This document shows, piece after piece, positions 30,783 to 41,900 of a stretch of 64,000 nt of DNA. Numbering within the stretch: the stretch's first letter is position 1; each line of letters starts with the position of its first letter. The translations under genes were made by a program, and so were the position numbers. The notes under the pieces were generated by a model. The model worked only from the letters and a program-made list of their open reading frames with translations, had not been told where the DNA came from and did not search any database. The stretch is from NCBI GenBank assembly GCA_038861545.1, contig JAWCCZ010000001.1, positions 96,001-160,000 on the forward strand, written 5' to 3'. The DNA is from Thermofilaceae archaeon (GTDB lineage: Archaea > Thermoproteota > Thermoprotei > Thermofilales > Thermofilaceae).

Positions 30783-31472
30783 AGGTAACTGGTTAAATAT
30801 AAAAAAAGCTTTACGGCGCTAATTTGTGTGCTAACCAGTTAAAACGGGTATTACGATACCCCTGTAGTAGATAAACTCATCCTCTTCCCTACCCTTCTTC
30901 AAGTAATATTTCTAAAATCACTGTTAAATTAGACTAACTTTACCAATGGAGTTATTTCTTTTATTATATGAAAAGGGTTTCAAAAACCGAACTCGATGGT
31001 CTGTAAGCTAATGGTTATCCCGTCGGTGTAAGTCTTTTAAAAGTGGCGTAAAGTATTAGTGTCTGCAGCATGTAAACCAAAGCGGCTGCGTAGAGAGGAG
31101 CGTCGATCCAAATATCCAGGAGGCGTCCTTATCCTAGCCCGCTCATCGCTTTTCACGAGGCTCATTTGCAGTGTTTAAATTAAGGGATTTAACATATTAA
31201 CTAGAGTGCTTCTGAGGGTAAAGAAAGCTGCTGCTAAAGTGAAACTCAGGCTCATTGCCGTTACTATGAAAAGTGGTACGGAGACAGCATAGTAGCTCCA
31301 GTGATTAGTACATTTGAGCTACTCCTAGAAACTCTAGTTCAGCAGCCTTAACTGTTTTTTACAAAGTAGTAACCGATATTCTGGACAGCGATTCCACTTC
31401 CAAAGGATAGGAGTGCGCTTATTCGGCTAGTTTTAGTGTTATATTAGAAAGCTAAATTAAATTTATCCTGCC

Positions 31473-31706
31473 TTAATCCCCAGTAAGGGGTAAAGCAGCT
31501 AACATAAGCAAACTCGTAGCTGCAAGCAAGAATAGTTTATAGATTTCTAACGTTCCTTCGAAGATACCAGATAGCGATAGTAAAGAAGGGGTTGAAAATA
31601 TTCCAATACTAGTACAGGCTAACGAGATTATTTGGTAGACTGAGAAAGCTTTAGTCATTTTCAAGCTATCTCCAGCTGAATCCGCAAAGAGTGGTGTAAC
31701 TGACAC
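31473..31706 (-). CDS. Short hydrophobic ORF or membrane-protein fragment
   Basis: Two hydrophobic stretches in 77 aa, within a decayed region. Confidence 0.3.
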   Translation of the reverse strand: MSVTPLFADSAGDSLKMTKAFSVYQIISLACTSIGIFSTPSLLSLSGIFEGTLEIYKLFLLAATSLLMLAALPLTGD

Positions 31707-31749
31707 ACTTACAGCAGCGTCAAGGAAATATGTGATATACTGAAGAAAG

Positions 31750-32474
31750 TTGGAGTCGGTTATGGTTGAAATATTTGAAAAATACGAAAAGATTCTGAGA
31801 AAAGTGAAGAAAATTGGCTCGGCGAGTATTACCGGTGCCGGTAAAGTTATAGGAGGATCCTATGAGACGGTATCTATAGCCGGAAGTGGGTCCATAGACG
31901 GCTACCTTGATGCTGAGGAGGTAAAAGCTACTGGATCCGCTGTTTTCCGGGGTAACGTAAGTGCAAGCATAGTTTCGTTTGCCGGTGCAGCGAAAATAGA
32001 AGGAGATTTAAAAGCTGAGTACGTGAAGGCTGTTGGGTCTTTATCTCTGAGGGGGTCTTGAGAGCTGATAACATAATAGTCGCCGGTTCTTTAAATTTTA
32101 AATCAATGCAAAGGGGATCGTTAGCATCTCTGGAGCATTTGAGGTGAAGAGGGAGTTGAAGGGGATGAAATCGGGCTTAAGCTTTCAAATGATTCCAATG
32201 CTTTTTCATTAAGGGATTAAAAGTAAAGGTACTGAGAGCCGAGAGCAGTATTTTAAATCTTCATAGGTTTTTCAGTTTAAAGAATAAGCGGCCAAGACTT
32301 CGCGTTAACAGAGTTGAAGCCGCTAAACTAGTTATTGAAGATGTTATTATTGAAGATTACGTAAAGGCTGAGCAGGTTATAATAATGGGCAACGGGGATA
32401 TTAAAGGACATGTGGAGGGCGAAATAATAAAAAAAGTAGGAGATGACCATTCCACGCCTGCATTGCACAGTTAA
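31750..32474 (+). pseudogene. Beta-helical bactofilin-like (YhbE/YhbF-like) pseudogene
   Basis: About 17-aa repeats (V/I)xxxGSxx(I/F)xG; continues after frameshifts (G5 run at 32051-32055 and later) as VLRADNIIVAGS, INAKGIVSISGAF, VKAEQVIIMGNGDIKGHVEG. Confidence 0.65.
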
Positions 32475-32511
32475 TTTAACCTCCGCAGGGTAGAATTAAT
32501 GGTGGAATTAT

Positions 32512-32781
32512 ATGAAGACTAGAAGCGTATGTTACCGTTTCAGGGTTGTTGTACCTAGACGAGACTACAAGCGCATCAAGTGGATCGAGGATGTCATTAA
32601 AAGCGGAGTAGCGAGCTCTCTCTATATGAGTGTGGATACTCTTTTCACTGAACGAAGAGATCTAGACGTGATCGAAGTAGCTTTCACTGTTGAATCTGTT
32701 GAGCAGAGAAGAGAGTTGGAAGCCCGGCTAGCAAGCAGTCTTAGGGGGAGTATCGGGTTTTTCGTAGTCCGCAAGGTTTAA
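32512..32781 (+). CDS. Small hypothetical protein
   Basis: 89-aa ORF, convergent overlap with next gene. Confidence 0.55.
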   Translation: MKTRSVCYRFRVVVPRRDYKRIKWIEDVIKSGVASSLYMSVDTLFTERRDLDVIEVAFTVESVEQRRELEARLASSLRGSIGFFVVRKV

Positions 32782-33083
32782 GCATGGCCTAGTATTTCCG
32801 ATACCAGTCTCTCCGCTTCCTTAAGCGTACCCACGTCTTTAAGCCTAATAATAAGCTTACTTGGTGCTACATATGTTAGCGAGTTTCCCTCGTACTCGAA
32901 TTTCACTAAAGCGTCACCAAGCTTTAACTTAACCTTAGCTTTTTTCCTAAGAGTGGTTAGAACGTCCTTTTCCTTGCTAGGTTTAATGAGCGCTAAGTAT
33001 GTTCCGCTAGTTTGACACACTACATCAAACTTTTCAAAGAATTCGTATACTTGTTCATTAATTGAGGTACCTGCGTGATCCAC
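32778..33083 (-). CDS. Small hypothetical protein
   Basis: 101-aa ORF, divergent from ybjQ across a TATA-containing spacer. Confidence 0.55.
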   Translation of the reverse strand: MDHAGTSINEQVYEFFEKFDVVCQTSGTYLALIKPSKEKDVLTTLRKKAKVKLKLGDALVKFEYEGNSLTYVAPSKLIIRLKDVGTLKEAERLVSEILGHA

Positions 33084-33138
33084 AGCTAAACTTTTAACTT
33101 GAAGATAAAAATTTTAAGCACCATTATGAAATTCAACC

Positions 33139-33471
33139 ATGCTGTTATCTACGACTCACACGCTACCTGGCTATAAGATAGTCAGGAATCTCGGTATAGT
33201 GACCGGTATAAGTATTCGAACTCGAGGGATGCTCGGGCGGTTTATCGCTGGTATCGAGGCAATGGTCGGGGGGCGCTCTGAATCCTACATAGCCGAGCTT
33301 AAGAAAGCGAGAGAGGAGGCTATTCAGGATATGGTAGCGGCCGCGAGTAGGTTGGGTGCAAATGCCATTATCGGTATAGATTTCGAAACAAGCGAAGTTC
33401 TAGAGGGTTTTATAATGATAACCGCTACAGGTACAGCGGTAGTAGCTGAGCCCGAAACACGCAGTGCTTAA
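33139..33471 (+). CDS. YbjQ/UPF0145 family protein
   Basis: TTHTLPGYKI..LGIVTG, VGGR..SY, AREEA, LGANAIIGI, TATGTAV. Confidence 0.92.
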   Translation: MLLSTTHTLPGYKIVRNLGIVTGISIRTRGMLGRFIAGIEAMVGGRSESYIAELKKAREEAIQDMVAAASRLGANAIIGIDFETSEVLEGFIMITATGTAVVAEPETRSA

Positions 33472-33532
33472 TAATCTCTGAAGGAAATAAGAGTGATGCT
33501 GAAGGGTACCAAATCGGATCGGTGAAGAATAC

Positions 33533-35404
33533 TTATTTTTCTGAGTCAGCCTTGCGAATCCAGACTATCATTGATCCGGGTTCTCTGTTAGCCCACGCGT
33601 AGTAGGGAATAGCCGTAAAATCTGTTTCCCAACGCCTAGCTTTTACCTCGTTTAGTCGTGCGTAAAGCTTACCTTCCCATGCGCCGGCATCGGTTGCCCA
33701 AGCTTTTCCTTTAACAACAGTTATTCCTCCTAATAAATCGGCCCTATATTCGGCTTTAAGAGTGTCAGGTATTACAGCTAAGTCCCAAACATCATGACCA
33801 GGGTTGTCGACTTGTTCCAAACAGTAGATTAGGGGACCGTACCGTAGCGCAGCTCTACCGGTGTTGCATATAACATGCGGATGGGATTCCAGTAACATAG
33901 GTCCCATGTCAAACTTAATTCTAAGCAGGTCTCCCTCACTCCACTTTTTCTGTATTTTTGCATAGGAGCCTGAATGAACATGATTGAATTTTTCCCCATT
34001 TACCTCTATTTTTACGTTATAAGTCCAGCTGGGTATTCTTACGAAAATCGAAAAGTCGTCAATGTTTTGGGGTTTCACCTCTATTTCTATGAGTCCACTC
34101 CAAGGATACTCTGTACGCTGGATAAGCTCCACCGATCCTTCATGCATTTTAATATGTGCACTACTAGCCGCGTAGAGATGAACCCAGATACTCTGTTTAG
34201 AGGTTGTATAAATCATCCCAGGGACACACGCTATGAGCCTGGCGATGTTGGGTGGACAGCAAGCACACTCAAACCACGGCTGCCTTCTATGTTTACCCCT
34301 ATCTGCGAGAGGATTGACGTAAAAATAGAGATCTCCGCTTAGCGATATACCAGCCAAAGCGCCGTTATAGAGAGCAAGTTCCATAATGTCTGCGAATCTA
34401 GCTTCCCCACTCATCAACAGCATTCTCCAGTTCCACATAACGTTTGCGACAGCTGCGCAGGTTTCTGCATAGGCTCTCTCATTAGGTAATTCGTAAGCCT
34501 CCCCGATAGCTTCTCCTTCATGACGGGAGCCGACACCGCCAGTTACATACATTTTTCTTTCAACTAAATCGCGCCACAATCTCTCGAGCGCTGCTCGTAA
34601 TCCCGGATCTCCGTTTTCCATATAAACATCTGCAACCCCACAGCAGAGGTATAGAGCACGAACAGCATGACCAACGAGCTCCTGCATTTGCTTAAAGGGA
34701 ATATGATCTAGGTGGTATGGGCTACCTCCGATAAGTCCTCGCCCCCTTCTCTCAATAAAGATCCGCGCCAGTTCTAGGTATTCTTGTTTACCTGTCTCCC
34801 TGTATAGTTCAACTAAAGCCATTTCCACTTCGGGGTGTCCATCTACGCTTTCTGCTCGACTCGGCCCAAAAACTTCATAGATGTGATCGGCCAGCTTCAC
34901 TGCAGTGTCCAGAAGATCTCGCTTTCCGGTTGCACGATGTCGCGCTATTGCCGCTTGGAAGAGATGTCCGGCGCAGTACATTTCATGAAGATCGCGCAGG
35001 TTACTCCACCTGTCTTTTTCCCGCTCAAACGTGAAGTAAGTGTTAAGATATCCGTCAGCACCTTGCGCCTCTACTACCTCCTTTACCACTGTATCAACTA
35101 ACTGCTTCACATCTGTGCGCTGCTCATAAGCTAACGCGAAGGATGCCGCCTCTATCCACTTATACACATCGGAGTCATTAAAGACGAGTCCCTTAAAAGG
35201 GCCTTTAATTTTACCTGCAGCGCGTCGGAAATTATCAAGCCTACCGGTTTCCTCTAATAGCTTATATTGGGATGGAATAGTGACTTCAACTAAGGTGCGT
35301 AACCTTGGTGCCCAGAATGCATCGTTAAGCCTTACATTTTCTATCGGAACAGGGCTTAATAATTTGTGAGGAGTATTTTCAACGTTAACTATTACCGTTG
35401 GCAC
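33533..35404 (-). CDS. Glycoside hydrolase family 127 (beta-L-arabinofuranosidase-like)
   Basis: DSDVYKWIEA, HEMYCAGH, GHPEVEMALV, GHAVRA, AYAETCA, ACCPPN. Confidence 0.93.
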   Translation of the reverse strand: MPTVIVNVENTPHKLLSPVPIENVRLNDAFWAPRLRTLVEVTIPSQYKLLEETGRLDNFRRAAGKIKGPFKGLVFNDSDVYKWIEAASFALAYEQRTDVKQLVDTVVKEVVEAQGADGYLNTYFTFEREKDRWSNLRDLHEMYCAGHLFQAAIARHRATGKRDLLDTAVKLADHIYEVFGPSRAESVDGHPEVEMALVELYRETGKQEYLELARIFIERRGRGLIGGSPYHLDHIPFKQMQELVGHAVRALYLCCGVADVYMENGDPGLRAALERLWRDLVERKMYVTGGVGSRHEGEAIGEAYELPNERAYAETCAAVANVMWNWRMLLMSGEARFADIMELALYNGALAGISLSGDLYFYVNPLADRGKHRRQPWFECACCPPNIARLIACVPGMIYTTSKQSIWVHLYAASSAHIKMHEGSVELIQRTEYPWSGLIEIEVKPQNIDDFSIFVRIPSWTYNVKIEVNGEKFNHVHSGSYAKIQKKWSEGDLLRIKFDMGPMLLESHPHVICNTGRAALRYGPLIYCLEQVDNPGHDVWDLAVIPDTLKAEYRADLLGGITVVKGKAWATDAGAWEGKLYARLNEVKARRWETDFTAIPYYAWANREPGSMIVWIRKADSEK

Positions 35405-35480
35405 AGGAATATATTTAGGCTTATAATAAAAGTTATACCGATAAAGCTAAAACTCAGACCTTTAGTTTAAGCTGAACAGT

Positions 35481-36245
35481 ATGAGCGATCAATGGGAGAA
35501 ACTTGTAGACGAGGCTAGGTCCACGCTTAGGAAATTCGAGGAACTGCAACTTGAGCTAAAAGATTACGAAAGGAAGCGCAGCGAGATAGTCCGCATGTAT
35601 TCTACAGGCCAGGTTTCCAAGGAAGTGTTCGATAATCTTGTATCAGATTTACGGGTGAAATTATTCCCTTTAGTTAAAAGCTACTTCGAGCTGAAAGGTA
35701 AACTTAGAGATTTAGAGAGCCAACTGCAGCTCACTGTAACCAAGCTCAGCGTCGAAACCAAAGCTGCCGGCGAACCCTATAGAGGTAGCTTTGAAATCGA
35801 AAGGGAACAAAGGATAAGACAAGCTTTAAACAGGCTCGGGGGAACACTTGAGAACGTAAGGGCAGCTTTAAAGGCGACGAACCCGGAGAACGAGCTGCGG
35901 CTTTTCGATGTCATACTTGATGAACTTGATAAGGGTGAAGGGAATACATGGAAACCAGCTATTAAGGAAGTTCTAGATGCCTGGTCGCGCATCCGCCTAA
36001 CTTATGCAAGTAGATCTGAGGAGATGGAGCGCCAAATTGAGCAACTCAATGACTCACTAAGGGAACTGGAGGTACGGTTCTTGGTAGGGGAGTTTGATAG
36101 GGCTGAGTATGAGACCCGGCGATCGGCCTTGGAGAGAGAAATAAGTGAACTGCGATCTCAATTAGAGGGTTTACAGGAGAGGCTAGAAGATCTAGACCTT
36201 ACAGCAGCTAGGTGCAGGAGGTTTCTTGAAGGGTGGTTAACTTGA
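35481..36245 (+). CDS. Soluble CdvA-like coiled-coil protein
   Basis: All-helical E/K/R/L-rich sequence with two motifs, RMYSTGQVSKEVFDNL and ELEVRFLVGEFDRAEYET. Confidence 0.7.
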   Translation: MSDQWEKLVDEARSTLRKFEELQLELKDYERKRSEIVRMYSTGQVSKEVFDNLVSDLRVKLFPLVKSYFELKGKLRDLESQLQLTVTKLSVETKAAGEPYRGSFEIEREQRIRQALNRLGGTLENVRAALKATNPENELRLFDVILDELDKGEGNTWKPAIKEVLDAWSRIRLTYASRSEEMERQIEQLNDSLRELEVRFLVGEFDRAEYETRRSALEREISELRSQLEGLQERLEDLDLTAARCRRFLEGWLT

Positions 36246-38905
36246 AGATTCTGAAGCTGATTATCGGAACATTAGTGGGGTTAGCGCTGCTGACCGTTAC
36301 TATTCGATGCGAAGGTGGTGTAGGTGTTAGGGAAGTTGCGTTTTTTAACCCTTTACCAAGTACCTATAAGGGCATAGTTAACTTAAATCTTAACTTTGCG
36401 GAGGGAGAAGCATATAATGGCACTATTAGAGTGTTCGATGAGTTGGGCAGAGAAGTACCTTTTCAACTACTAGACTGTAGCCTATATACTTCAGGTTATT
36501 ATCGCAGCTGTAAACTTATGATTTTAGCAAATGTTCCAGGAATGGGGGTTTCTAAGTACACGGTAACATATCTTTCCTCACCCCCTCCCCTTAACGTTAG
36601 CATACAAGGTTTAATTGTTACTTTGAGTAACCTAACGTTAACGTTATTCAACGTGACGGGGTCTTATGTTGTTAATTTAACCGACGCGATTACGATAAAG
36701 GGTCCCGGCTACACGGCCATATTCAGTAATTTATCACTTGCACAGCTGAAGTTCGACGGTGTAGCGGCAAATTTGGTATACTACGACTGGCCATTTACTG
36801 GCTTCGTGCTAGCATCAGGAGAAAAAATTATAGCGAACGGTTATGATCTGAAAAACTGTAGTGTTTCGCTTGTAGTAAACGGGTCGTTAGTTTCAGTTGT
36901 AAAGCAAGTATGTCGCGGCGGAGGCTTTGAGCTTAGGCAAAACTTTACATTTACCGGTGTTACCTCAACTGTTAAAGTGGATTCATTACTTAGATTAACG
37001 GGTAACGGGACTCTATATTACCCTTACCTTAGGATCCCGGCGCTCGGAATAAACGAGGTTCAGGCCAATGAAATTTTATATACTCTAGAGCGTGCACGGA
37101 GCTTTGTTCCAGCGCCCAGATGGTTAGCGCTTAAAATCAACGATAAGTGGCTGGGAGTTCTAGTTAATTACACCTCGATACGCCTTAGTCAATACTTGGG
37201 AGAGCTTAATTCTACACTTAGAAACTTGTACGCTAACGAGACTAGACCGGCCATTAGATCAAAATACTTAGCGCAGATTAAGACGTTATCTAATATGTCA
37301 AGGCTTTTCCTAGCACGTGAAAGACTACCCGAGGCGAATCTAACAGCTTTACTTCTCGAGGCTGAACAGGTGAAGAGTTCGATGAACTATCATATTCTAT
37401 TATCAAATTTAACTTCGCTCATAGAAGAGCCTGAAGGGATTTCTCGCAGATTAATATTAGTTCCTGGAAGCGATTCCTTAAACGTAATTTACCAGGTTAA
37501 CCGAACTCCTCTTGAGATTAGAACGTCAGTATTGCTAGGCGTCTTCGAAGACCCAGATTCATGGGCCCGTTCACTTTTGTATAGTGATGCTATCGGTGTA
37601 ACCGCCTTCTACGCGCCGATAGCATCTCGCCTCACTGTTCCAGCTACAGCTTTTGTAGACGACATACTTCTTATTAGAGTCGATATCGTCCCAGCCCGTA
37701 CTTTGAAGAATGTAACTATTGAGTTAATTTATCCCAGAAACGCCTTCAAACTTCTAGAGGGCGCTGAAAACATTAATGTTACGGCTATTTCGGCACCTAA
37801 GTCATATGAATGGATTCTACAAGCTATCTATGAAGGTGTGTGGACTGTTAGTGTAAATGTCACTGGAGGGGGTGGATCACTGCTCGCTAGCAGAGAGGTC
37901 AATGTATCTCTTCCCTCACTAGTTCCAGGCTTTCAATTAGTTTCAAGGAGCTTTAATTTAACCGTTACATGCGTGGATCTTAACGGTAAACCCCTTAGCG
38001 GTTATGCTTTGAATCTTTATGACAATTCGACAAAGAAACTAATTTTCAGCGAATTTGTGAATGAAAGTGGACGCGCAAGTTTTCTAAACATAACCAGCGG
38101 AGTGTACGTCCTGGAAGTAACAGATGGCATATACAGCTCGATGAAAGAGTTATACGTTCTGTCTAACAGGAATGTGACGGTAACAATAGCTCGGGCTGAC
38201 TTAAAAATCTCAGTCGAACTCGAGGACGGGACTCCTCTCGTTCAAACTCCGGTTTATGTTAGAGATATTAATGGAAGCTTAGTATGCATTGGATTCACGA
38301 ATAGTAGCGGTGTCCTAACGTGTAAAGCTCTGCCACTTGGAGATTATACAATTTCGGTTCGCTGGCGCGGTGGAATTGCAGGCTATACAAGTGTCACGCT
38401 ACGTAATGATTCATCTGTTACTATAAGAGGGGTTGTTAGGCGGGTAACCGTAGCGGTATCGTTGGCTGGAAAGCCAGCAACTGGCGCTATAGTTGAAGTT
38501 TATACAGTTGGTGGATCTCCAGTAAGTACTGCGACTATAGATGAGAACGGCCTAGCTACATTCTACCTGCTACCAGGACCATATAAGTTCGTAGCTACAA
38601 AGGGTCAGTATACTGCGGGTAGGACCACCGACATTAGAGCCGAGCGTTTTGTTGAGCTGAAATTAGAGGTGTCCTTAAACTTATGGTTGCTCATCGTGGT
38701 CACCGTAGTTTTATGGGTTTTAACGGTCTATATATGGTATAGAAGGACTAGCTATATTTACAGAGAAAAAGAGAGGTACAGGCGTCTTCTCCAAAGATTA
38801 GAGGAACTTTACAGTAGAGGGGAAGTCGAGGAAAAATACTACTTAAAGCTCAGACAAGAATACGAAGAAAAATTAAACAAGCTGAGCCGGGTTGACCTCG
38901 TATGA
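36233..38905 (+). CDS. Single-pass surface glycoprotein with carboxypeptidase-regulatory-like (Ig/transthyretin) repeats and a cytoplasmic CdvA-like tail
   Basis: Signal peptide; about 29 N-x-S/T sequons; three V.D..GKPL...G......L..G.Y repeats; TM LWLLIVVTVVLWVLTVYIWY; tail LEELYSRGEVEEKYYLKL. Confidence 0.8.
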   Translation: MVNLKILKLIIGTLVGLALLTVTIRCEGGVGVREVAFFNPLPSTYKGIVNLNLNFAEGEAYNGTIRVFDELGREVPFQLLDCSLYTSGYYRSCKLMILANVPGMGVSKYTVTYLSSPPPLNVSIQGLIVTLSNLTLTLFNVTGSYVVNLTDAITIKGPGYTAIFSNLSLAQLKFDGVAANLVYYDWPFTGFVLASGEKIIANGYDLKNCSVSLVVNGSLVSVVKQVCRGGGFELRQNFTFTGVTSTVKVDSLLRLTGNGTLYYPYLRIPALGINEVQANEILYTLERARSFVPAPRWLALKINDKWLGVLVNYTSIRLSQYLGELNSTLRNLYANETRPAIRSKYLAQIKTLSNMSRLFLARERLPEANLTALLLEAEQVKSSMNYHILLSNLTSLIEEPEGISRRLILVPGSDSLNVIYQVNRTPLEIRTSVLLGVFEDPDSWARSLLYSDAIGVTAFYAPIASRLTVPATAFVDDILLIRVDIVPARTLKNVTIELIYPRNAFKLLEGAENINVTAISAPKSYEWILQAIYEGVWTVSVNVTGGGGSLLASREVNVSLPSLVPGFQLVSRSFNLTVTCVDLNGKPLSGYALNLYDNSTKKLIFSEFVNESGRASFLNITSGVYVLEVTDGIYSSMKELYVLSNRNVTVTIARADLKISVELEDGTPLVQTPVYVRDINGSLVCIGFTNSSGVLTCKALPLGDYTISVRWRGGIAGYTSVTLRNDSSVTIRGVVRRVTVAVSLAGKPATGAIVEVYTVGGSPVSTATIDENGLATFYLLPGPYKFVATKGQYTAGRTTDIRAERFVELKLEVSLNLWLLIVVTVVLWVLTVYIWYRRTSYIYREKERYRRLLQRLEELYSRGEVEEKYYLKLRQEYEEKLNKLSRVDLV

Positions 38906-41900
38906 AGGGTTTTGCCTTATTATTGGTAATACTTGCTTTCACAGTAATAGTTGTAGCTGAGCCTCAAACCCGATTCTTGGTGGTAGTGAAGGAGTATCCG
39001 AAAAACGAACCGGTTAAGGGAGTAATGCTCAATATGACTCTTCAAGTCGATGCAAAAACCTATAGATTCAGTATAATTACAAATCAAGTTGGAGCATGGG
39101 GTACTCAACTGGCAAGTGTACCGCGCGAGGTATATCTAGTGGATTTATCGTTTTCTCCTGCTAACTACACAGGATACTCATATCTCAATCCCTCTATCCC
39201 AATCCGAGTAGCGGATTCTCTAATCGAGGAACTTGACTACAGGGCTATGTTTGATCGTAGTTTGAATACTACTCTTTTCACTGGGTTAAGAATCCCGTTG
39301 CAGATAACTCAAGAGGGAAACCTGACAATTTTACGATGTGTTATATGGCTTACTCCTGGAAAACTTGTTAACGTTAGCATGTTAGACCCTATGACTCGTA
39401 AACCAGCAATGTTAACCATAAAGCCTGGTGTTCCAGTTACAGGGAGGCTTTTCTGGAGCACATACCTCCTACCCATCGGATACCCTGTTCTACTTACAGC
39501 CACTACTCCAATAGCTGGAGCTAAAGAGCTGAGGGTCTGGATAACTAATGACACAAAAACTCTTCCATGGACATATTATGCAGCCGAAGCCCTAATAGAA
39601 AACCAGTTGAGAGAAGTTATGGATTTGTTAAGGCAGCTTGAGTCGATAGGGTATTACACTGAAGACATGAGGTTAGACGTAGACGCCCTTAAAGCAGTTG
39701 CTCAGCAAACCCTCTTTCTCTTCAAACAAGGCAATTATACTTCGGCAATCGGAGCGACTCTGAGTCTTGTCAATGGAGCATCTTCGCTGAAAAGCCGGGT
39801 CAACAGCCTTTTTAGTTACTCTCACCTTGCAGCTTTAGGAATAATCATACTCACTCTAGCATTTGCTCACACTTTCTCGCTTCTAATGTTTGAACGTGGA
39901 CGAAAGCTACATGTTTTAAGGTTCATACTATTGTTAATTCTTCTTTCATTTTCTACTGCTACGTCATCTACGATTAGACTGGCAGCAGCTAGTTTACTGG
40001 GAACCTTAGGCGTACCGCTAGCTATTCTTGATGTACCTACTCTGATAGCTGCGACCGTTGTCATGGGTTTTTTAGCCTACGCGATATTCTTACTGCTTTC
40101 CTTCGTAGCCGGCCCGGTAAGAGGGTTCTGGCTTTATCTGGCTGTCCGGTACATTAAAGCAAAGCGTCTAAGATCAATATTAATTCTGGCTACTATGATC
40201 TTAGTTATAGCTTCAACTCTAGCGGTTTCCGGTTTTACGCTTGGGTCTACAGTAATTAGAAAAGAATGGTTGGGGGCTGGGTTTAAAGGGTTAGACGTCG
40301 AAGTAAATCTAATAAGAAAACCATACGGTTTAAATAGCTCAGAGATTGAATGGCTTATTTTCTCGACAGATGCTGTAGATATAGGACGTATGGCAATCAT
40401 ACCGGAGCGCTACCCAGGCGTTCTATTGGCTACACGTGAAGGCACAGTAGGATCCTCAATCATAACTAATTTAGTAGCTATTGACATAAAATTCGCTATA
40501 AAGAACTTCAACTTGTCGGCTCACGTCGTAGAGGGGAGACTACCACGCGACGGCGAACCAGAAGTAGTAGTTTCTAAAACCTTATCCAACATCCTAAGAG
40601 TTGGCGAATCTATATGGATTTTCTTCGCTCAGCCAAGCGTGCAAGGTCCGCCTATACCGGCAGGGCCTGTATGGGATGCACCAGTAAAGGTAGTGGGGTT
40701 CTTTGACCCATTATCGCTTAATTCAACTTTGGATCCGGAGCTTAGACCACTTTTCGGCGATTATCCCAGTGTAACCCTCATGTTAATAGCACCCTATAAC
40801 CCACTGGCTAATCGTCTTTCTACGAGTAGGGTTTGGCTTATCTCGGAAAACTCTACGGCTGTAGACCTGACCGCTCGGTTAACGTTAGCATCCTTGCCTG
40901 CCACGGTACATATCTTACAGGGGAAAAGAGTGATTACCTACGAACGCGCAACCCAGTTTTCCTTTAAAGGTACAGAGACTATCCTATTGCTAACTATCGC
41001 TGCCTTGATGAATGCTGCTGCTATGCTAGGCCACGCAGAGGATAGACGCAGGGACATGTATGTAATAGCTACTCTGGGGGCTAACCCCAAAAACCTGTTT
41101 TACGCTATGATGACAGAGGCTACCATAATTGGCGTAGTCTCGTCCTACATAGGCTGGGCAGTGGCCCCATTAATTATATATGTTTCTAGTCTTTTAGTTA
41201 TGCTGACAGGTGCTACACCAATAAGTTTTACACCGCTACCAGTGGAAAGCCTATTCTACGCAACTGCAGTAGGTTTAGCCGTCGTTGTGATCTCGGCTTA
41301 TATACCTTCTCGAAGAGTAAGTGGACTCTCCCGAATGGGTAGGGAAGAGAGGAAAGTAATATCGTCCAGCGAACTGAAGTTAGTTGACGGGATGGCGGTA
41401 TACGAGCTTCCGATAAGAGTCTCTGTCTTTGAAAGTGAGGCCTTATACAGGTATCTGAAGGAAATACTACCTAAGAAAGATATACTGAACGAAGAGCTCT
41501 ACCTTGACGGAACATTCGCTTTTGCGTTCGCGTTCTTCCCACCGCACATGAGGGGGTCTATGGTTACCTGCAGACTAAGAACTACTAAGAGGGGTGACAG
41601 TTTAACGCTTTTGCTAGAAGTTCCAGAGGAATTCAGGAGATACATGTACCTTAGCGATGTAATTTACGCTTTAGAGAACAAGCTCTTAGATTATTCCAAA
41701 TGGAGGGACAGCCAGTTCAGGTATCAGATATTGAGATATGCACCTAGAAGGGAGGCTCCAACTCTTGATTCATTGCTCGAAAGGGGTAGGGAAGCCATGA
41801 TCAAAGCACGCGAGATGGAGCTAAAGCTGAGGAGACTCGATGAAATGAAAGCAACGATCTCGGCTAGCTTATACGCTGACTACGAGAAAAAGTATAAGAG

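Noticed and set aside
31037-31165. Minus-strand MSLVKSDERARIRTP, resembling an AbrB/MazE antitoxin start
   Set aside because: Similarity is limited to about 15 residues and no PIN toxin is recognisable downstream.
35445-35473. Imperfect inverted repeat AGCTAAAACT-N9-AGTTTAAGCT upstream of the CdvA-like operon
   Set aside because: AT-rich with one mismatch, in a promoter region; could be chance without conservation data.
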